From a virus (taxonomy: Duplodnaviria; Heunggongvirae; Uroviricota; Caudoviricetes), in IMG/VR virus record IMGVR_UViG_2703719347_000005, positions 1 through 26,614 of that record: 26,614 bases of DNA; one strand, 5' to 3'. A model generated the notes under the pieces. That model was not told the origin of the DNA, did no database searches, and saw only the letters and a list, made by a program, of their open reading frames with translations. The position numbers and the translations under genes are program-made. Shown in pieces: positions 23,656 through 26,614 of the stretch; the stretch's first letter is position 1, and the number at the start of each line of letters is the position of its first letter.

Positions 23656-24731
23656 TTAAGCCCCGGCATTGCGGGGCTCTTTGTTTGTTCCGAGATCGGT
23701 AATGGGCACGTTCTGCGACTGCCGTGTCGCCACATCACCTCCGGGCAGCGGCGGCAGGTTATCGAGCCTTCGAACCTCGTTAACGGTCCGAATCCCGGTA
23801 TTGACCATGATTTGCATAAATGATGCCCGGCTTGTTGAATCACCGCGCAACAGCCCGTCGAGGTTATGCTCGGCGTGAATGATGCCCTGTTCTGACTCTT
23901 TGACCAGCCAGCGCTCAATGCTGTACTCCCACCGATCAAGGTAGGGTTTGAGGGTATACTGGAGAAAGCCTAGGTTTTGCTGTTCAATCCCCGATCCCCA
24001 GGAGGTGGTTTTGTCCACATCGCCGACCAGATGTGGAGGCACGCCGTAAAATCGCGCCAGTTCGGCGACCTGAAATTTACGCGCAGACAGAATTTCTGAA
24101 TCCTGAGGCGAAACGCCGATAGGTTGCGTGGTGAAGCCGCTCTCAAGGATCCAAAGCCGCTTTTTGACCGGGCCACCAGCAATCTCCTTAAAGTTTTCCT
24201 CCAACTGCCCGCGCTGCTCTTTCGTCAGCACCTTGCCGTCAGTCATCAGGATCTGCGGAGACTTCGCACCATTGGCGAAAAATTCACGCTGGTTATCTTC
24301 CATCGCTATGGCCACACCAGCAGACTTCGCACTGAACGCCAACGGCGAAAGACCAGTCAGCCCATTGAAGCCAAACCCTTTGAGATGAAAAATTTCTTTC
24401 TGTGAAAAGTCGGCGTATTCAGTGTCCCGTCGGTAGCGATAGATAATATTTTTACCGTTATCGCTGAGCCGAACTTCCATATTGGCGCTCATCAGTGGAA
24501 CCATGCTAATCACGTCACCAACACTGTTTCGCTCAACATGTGCATAGGCGTTGCCGTAGGCACATAGTTGCATAGTCATTGCTTCGCGAAACTCAAGAGC
24601 GGTCATGAAGTTGTTGGGACGGAATCTCAGCAGCTTCGCCAGGGGGTGACTGTTGTCCACTTTCGTGCGCTGATCATTTTTGGTCTGATAAACATCGAGT
24701 GGTAAAGATGCTGTTACGGTGGAGATTAACC
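23656..24731 (-). pseudogene. Portal protein gene, 5'-truncated by IS66-family insertion
   Basis: Portal-like sequence begins at ...RLISTVTASLPLDVY. The first ~30 codons of the track ORF (24732-24822) are IS-derived. About 358 codons remain, short of a typical ~400-420 aa portal. Confidence 0.7.
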
Positions 24732-24812
24732 GTAAGCGTCGTCTCAGCACCGTCTGGCAGATCCTGAAATTCCTGAGAGAATAGTGGACACCAAATATGG
24801 TGGACGCAATCC

Positions 24813-25217
24813 ATGAAATCATTAACCGCAGTGCGTAAAAAAAGCCCTAATTATCCCGTTGAGTTCAAAATCAAAATGGTTGAACTCTCGCATCGACCAG
24901 AGATCTCCGTAGCGCAACTCGCTCGTGAGCATGGGATCAACGATAATTTGCTGTTCAAGTGGCGCCAGTACTGGCGCGAAGGAAAACTACGTCCTCCTTC
25001 AACAACAGAAAACAACGTGCCTGAGCTGCTCCCGATAACACTTGATGCCGAAGATGTTGTCCCTACAACCTCCCCCCGGTCACAACCTGTAGCTGCTGCG
25101 ACACCTGAATCACTCAATATCAGCTGTGAAGTGACGTTCCGGCACGGATCACTCCGTCTGAATGGTGCCATCAGCGAAAATATCCTGAACCTGCTGATAC
25201 GGGAGCTCAAACGTTGA
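24813..25217 (+). CDS. tnpA: IS66-family accessory protein TnpA (orf1)
   Basis: 134-aa ORF with a helix-turn-helix-like region (ISVAQLAREHGINDNLLFKWRQ); stop overlaps the next ORF start. True start may be the internal MVELSH. Confidence 0.75.
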   Translation: MKSLTAVRKKSPNYPVEFKIKMVELSHRPEISVAQLAREHGINDNLLFKWRQYWREGKLRPPSTTENNVPELLPITLDAEDVVPTTSPRSQPVAAATPESLNISCEVTFRHGSLRLNGAISENILNLLIRELKR

Positions 25218-25561
25218 TCCCATTACCATCAGGGACAAAGATCTGGCTGGTCGCTGGCATCACCGATATGAGAAACGGCTTCAACGGCCTGGCGGCAAAG
25301 GTGCAGACGACGCTGAAAGACGATCCGATGTCAGGTCACGTTTTTATCTTCCGTGGGCGTAATGGCAGTCAGGTAAAGCTCCTCTGGTCTACCGGCGATG
25401 GACTGTGTCTGCTGACCAAACGGCTGGAGCGCGGCCGCTTCGCCTGGCCGTCAGCCCGGGATGGCAAAGTGTTCCTCACACCGGCACAGCTGGCGATGCT
25501 GCTGGAAGGTATCGACTGGCGGCAGCCTAAAAGACTGCTTACGTCCCTGACTATGTTGTAA
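25214..25561 (+). CDS. tnpB: IS66-family Orf2 (TnpB)
   Basis: MIPLPSGTKIWLVAGITDMRNGFNGLAAKV... is the conserved IS66 orf2 signature; TTG start overlapping the tnpA stop. Confidence 0.8.
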   Translation: MIPLPSGTKIWLVAGITDMRNGFNGLAAKVQTTLKDDPMSGHVFIFRGRNGSQVKLLWSTGDGLCLLTKRLERGRFAWPSARDGKVFLTPAQLAMLLEGIDWRQPKRLLTSLTML

Positions 25562-25609
25562 GCCTCTTTATCCTAGTCGACGCTGAATGAGCCTGGTAAT
25601 ATACCCGGT

Positions 25610-26614
25610 ATGAGCAGCTCACTTCCTGACGATATCAATGCACTGAAACGTCTCCTTGCCGAACAGGAGGCGCTGAACCGTGCCCTGCAGGAAAAGCTGA
25701 ACGAGCGTGAACGCGAAATAGACCATCTGCAGGCACAGCTGGATAAGCTGCGCCGGATGAACTTCGGCAGCCGCTCGGAAAAAGTCTCCCGTCGTATCGC
25801 ACAGATGGAAGCTGACCTGAAGGCACTTCAGAAAGAAAGTGATACCCTTACCGGTCGGGTTGACGACCCGGCCGTGCAGCGCCCGCTGCGTCAAACCCGC
25901 ACCCGCAAACCGTTCCCCGAATCACTCCCCCGCGATGAAAAACGGCTGCTGCCGGCAGCGTCATGCTGCCCGGAATGTGGAGGCTCGCTGAGCTATCTGG
26001 GTGAGGATGCCGCTGAACAGCTGGAGCTGATGCGCAGCGCCTTCCGGGTTATCCGGACTGTACGTGAAAAGCATGCCTGTACTCAGTGCGATGCCATCGT
26101 GCAGGCCCCCGCGCCTTCACGGCCCATCGAGCGGGGTATCGCAGGACCGGGGCTGCTGGCCCGCGTGCTGATCTCAAAGTATGCAGAGCACACCCCGCTG
26201 TACCGCCAGTCTGAAATGTACGGCCGCCAGGGCGTGGAGCTGAGTCGTTCACTGCTGTCGGGCTGGGTGGATGCATGCTGCCGGCTACTGTCACCGCTGG
26301 AAGAAGCGCTTCAGGACTATGTGCTGACTGACGGTAAGCTCCATGCTGATGACACGCCTGTCCCGGTGCTGTTGCCAGGCAATAAGAAAACGAAGACCGG
26401 GCGGTTATGGACCTACGTTCGTGACGACCGTAACGCCGGGTCAACGCTGGCGCCGGCGGTGTGGTTCGCTTACAGCCCGGACAGAAAAGGCATCCATCCG
26501 CAGACCCATCTTGCGGGGTTCAGTGGTGTACTGCAGGCGGATGCATACGCCGGGTTCAACGAGCTGTACCGGGATGGCCGGATAACGGAAGCCGCCTGTT
26601 GGGCTCACGCCCGC
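25610..26614 (+). CDS. tnpC: IS66-family transposase TnpC (partial, continues beyond window end)
   Basis: Starts ATG 25610 (MSSSLPDDINALKRLL...); leucine-zipper-like N-terminus, CPECGG...CTQC zinc-finger pairs, LHADDT. Open to the window end, so absent from the ORF track. Confidence 0.9.
   Translation, partial: MSSSLPDDINALKRLLAEQEALNRALQEKLNEREREIDHLQAQLDKLRRMNFGSRSEKVSRRIAQMEADLKALQKESDTLTGRVDDPAVQRPLRQTRTRKPFPESLPRDEKRLLPAASCCPECGGSLSYLGEDAAEQLELMRSAFRVIRTVREKHACTQCDAIVQAPAPSRPIERGIAGPGLLARVLISKYAEHTPLYRQSEMYGRQGVELSRSLLSGWVDACCRLLSPLEEALQDYVLTDGKLHADDTPVPVLLPGNKKTKTGRLWTYVRDDRNAGSTLAPAVWFAYSPDRKGIHPQTHLAGFSGVLQADAYAGFNELYRDGRITEAACWAHAR

Larger units (their letters stand above)
24732..26614 (+). 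mobile_element. IS66-family insertion sequence (left end and tnpA-tnpB-tnpC; right end beyond window)
   Basis: Begins GTAAGCG at 24732, as I recall for IS66-family terminal repeats, followed by three ORFs in the canonical IS66 order. Confidence 0.85.

Noticed and set aside
24732-24822. Apparent N-terminus of the portal ORF (MISWIASTIFGVHYSLRNFRICQTVLRRRL...)
   Set aside because: These codons are read from IS66 terminal sequence on the opposite strand of the IS; the open frame continuing across the junction is coincidental.

Overview
No tools or database searches were used; every call below comes from reading the sequence and the ORF track, and from recalled family motifs. The window covers the junction between an Escherichia-type chromosomal flank (AT-rich, ycgX-like and iraM-like ORFs) and the left end of an HK97/lambda-like siphovirus prophage integrated at the 3' end of icd, the site used by e14 in E. 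coli K-12. The junction is marked by a ~160-bp icd 3' fragment (1533-1692, minus strand). Inside the prophage, left to right: a 147-aa cargo ORF, a umuDC operon with a canonical LexA box, and a Gin/Hin/Pin-family serine DNA invertase (4918-5487). Next is the main finding: a ~5.6-kb candidate invertible segment (5531-11105) bounded by two 26-bp gix/hix-like sites that are exact reverse complements of each other. It carries two complete, convergently oriented alternative tail-fibre genes that share an N-terminal ~115-aa anchor and end in different esterase-like domains (GDSL/SGNH-like versus SASA-like). The rest is a minus-strand structural module: tail tip protein, NlpC/P60 protein, minor tail proteins, tape measure, a low-GC lipoprotein moron with its own terminator, a G/GT chaperone pair with a GGGAAAG -1 frameshift site, major tail protein, head-tail joining proteins, HK97-fold major capsid protein and prohead protease. 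The portal gene has lost its 5' end to an IS66-family insertion (tnpA-tnpB-tnpC) that runs off the window end, so the prophage is probably defective. No CRISPR array, rRNA or tRNA was recognised.
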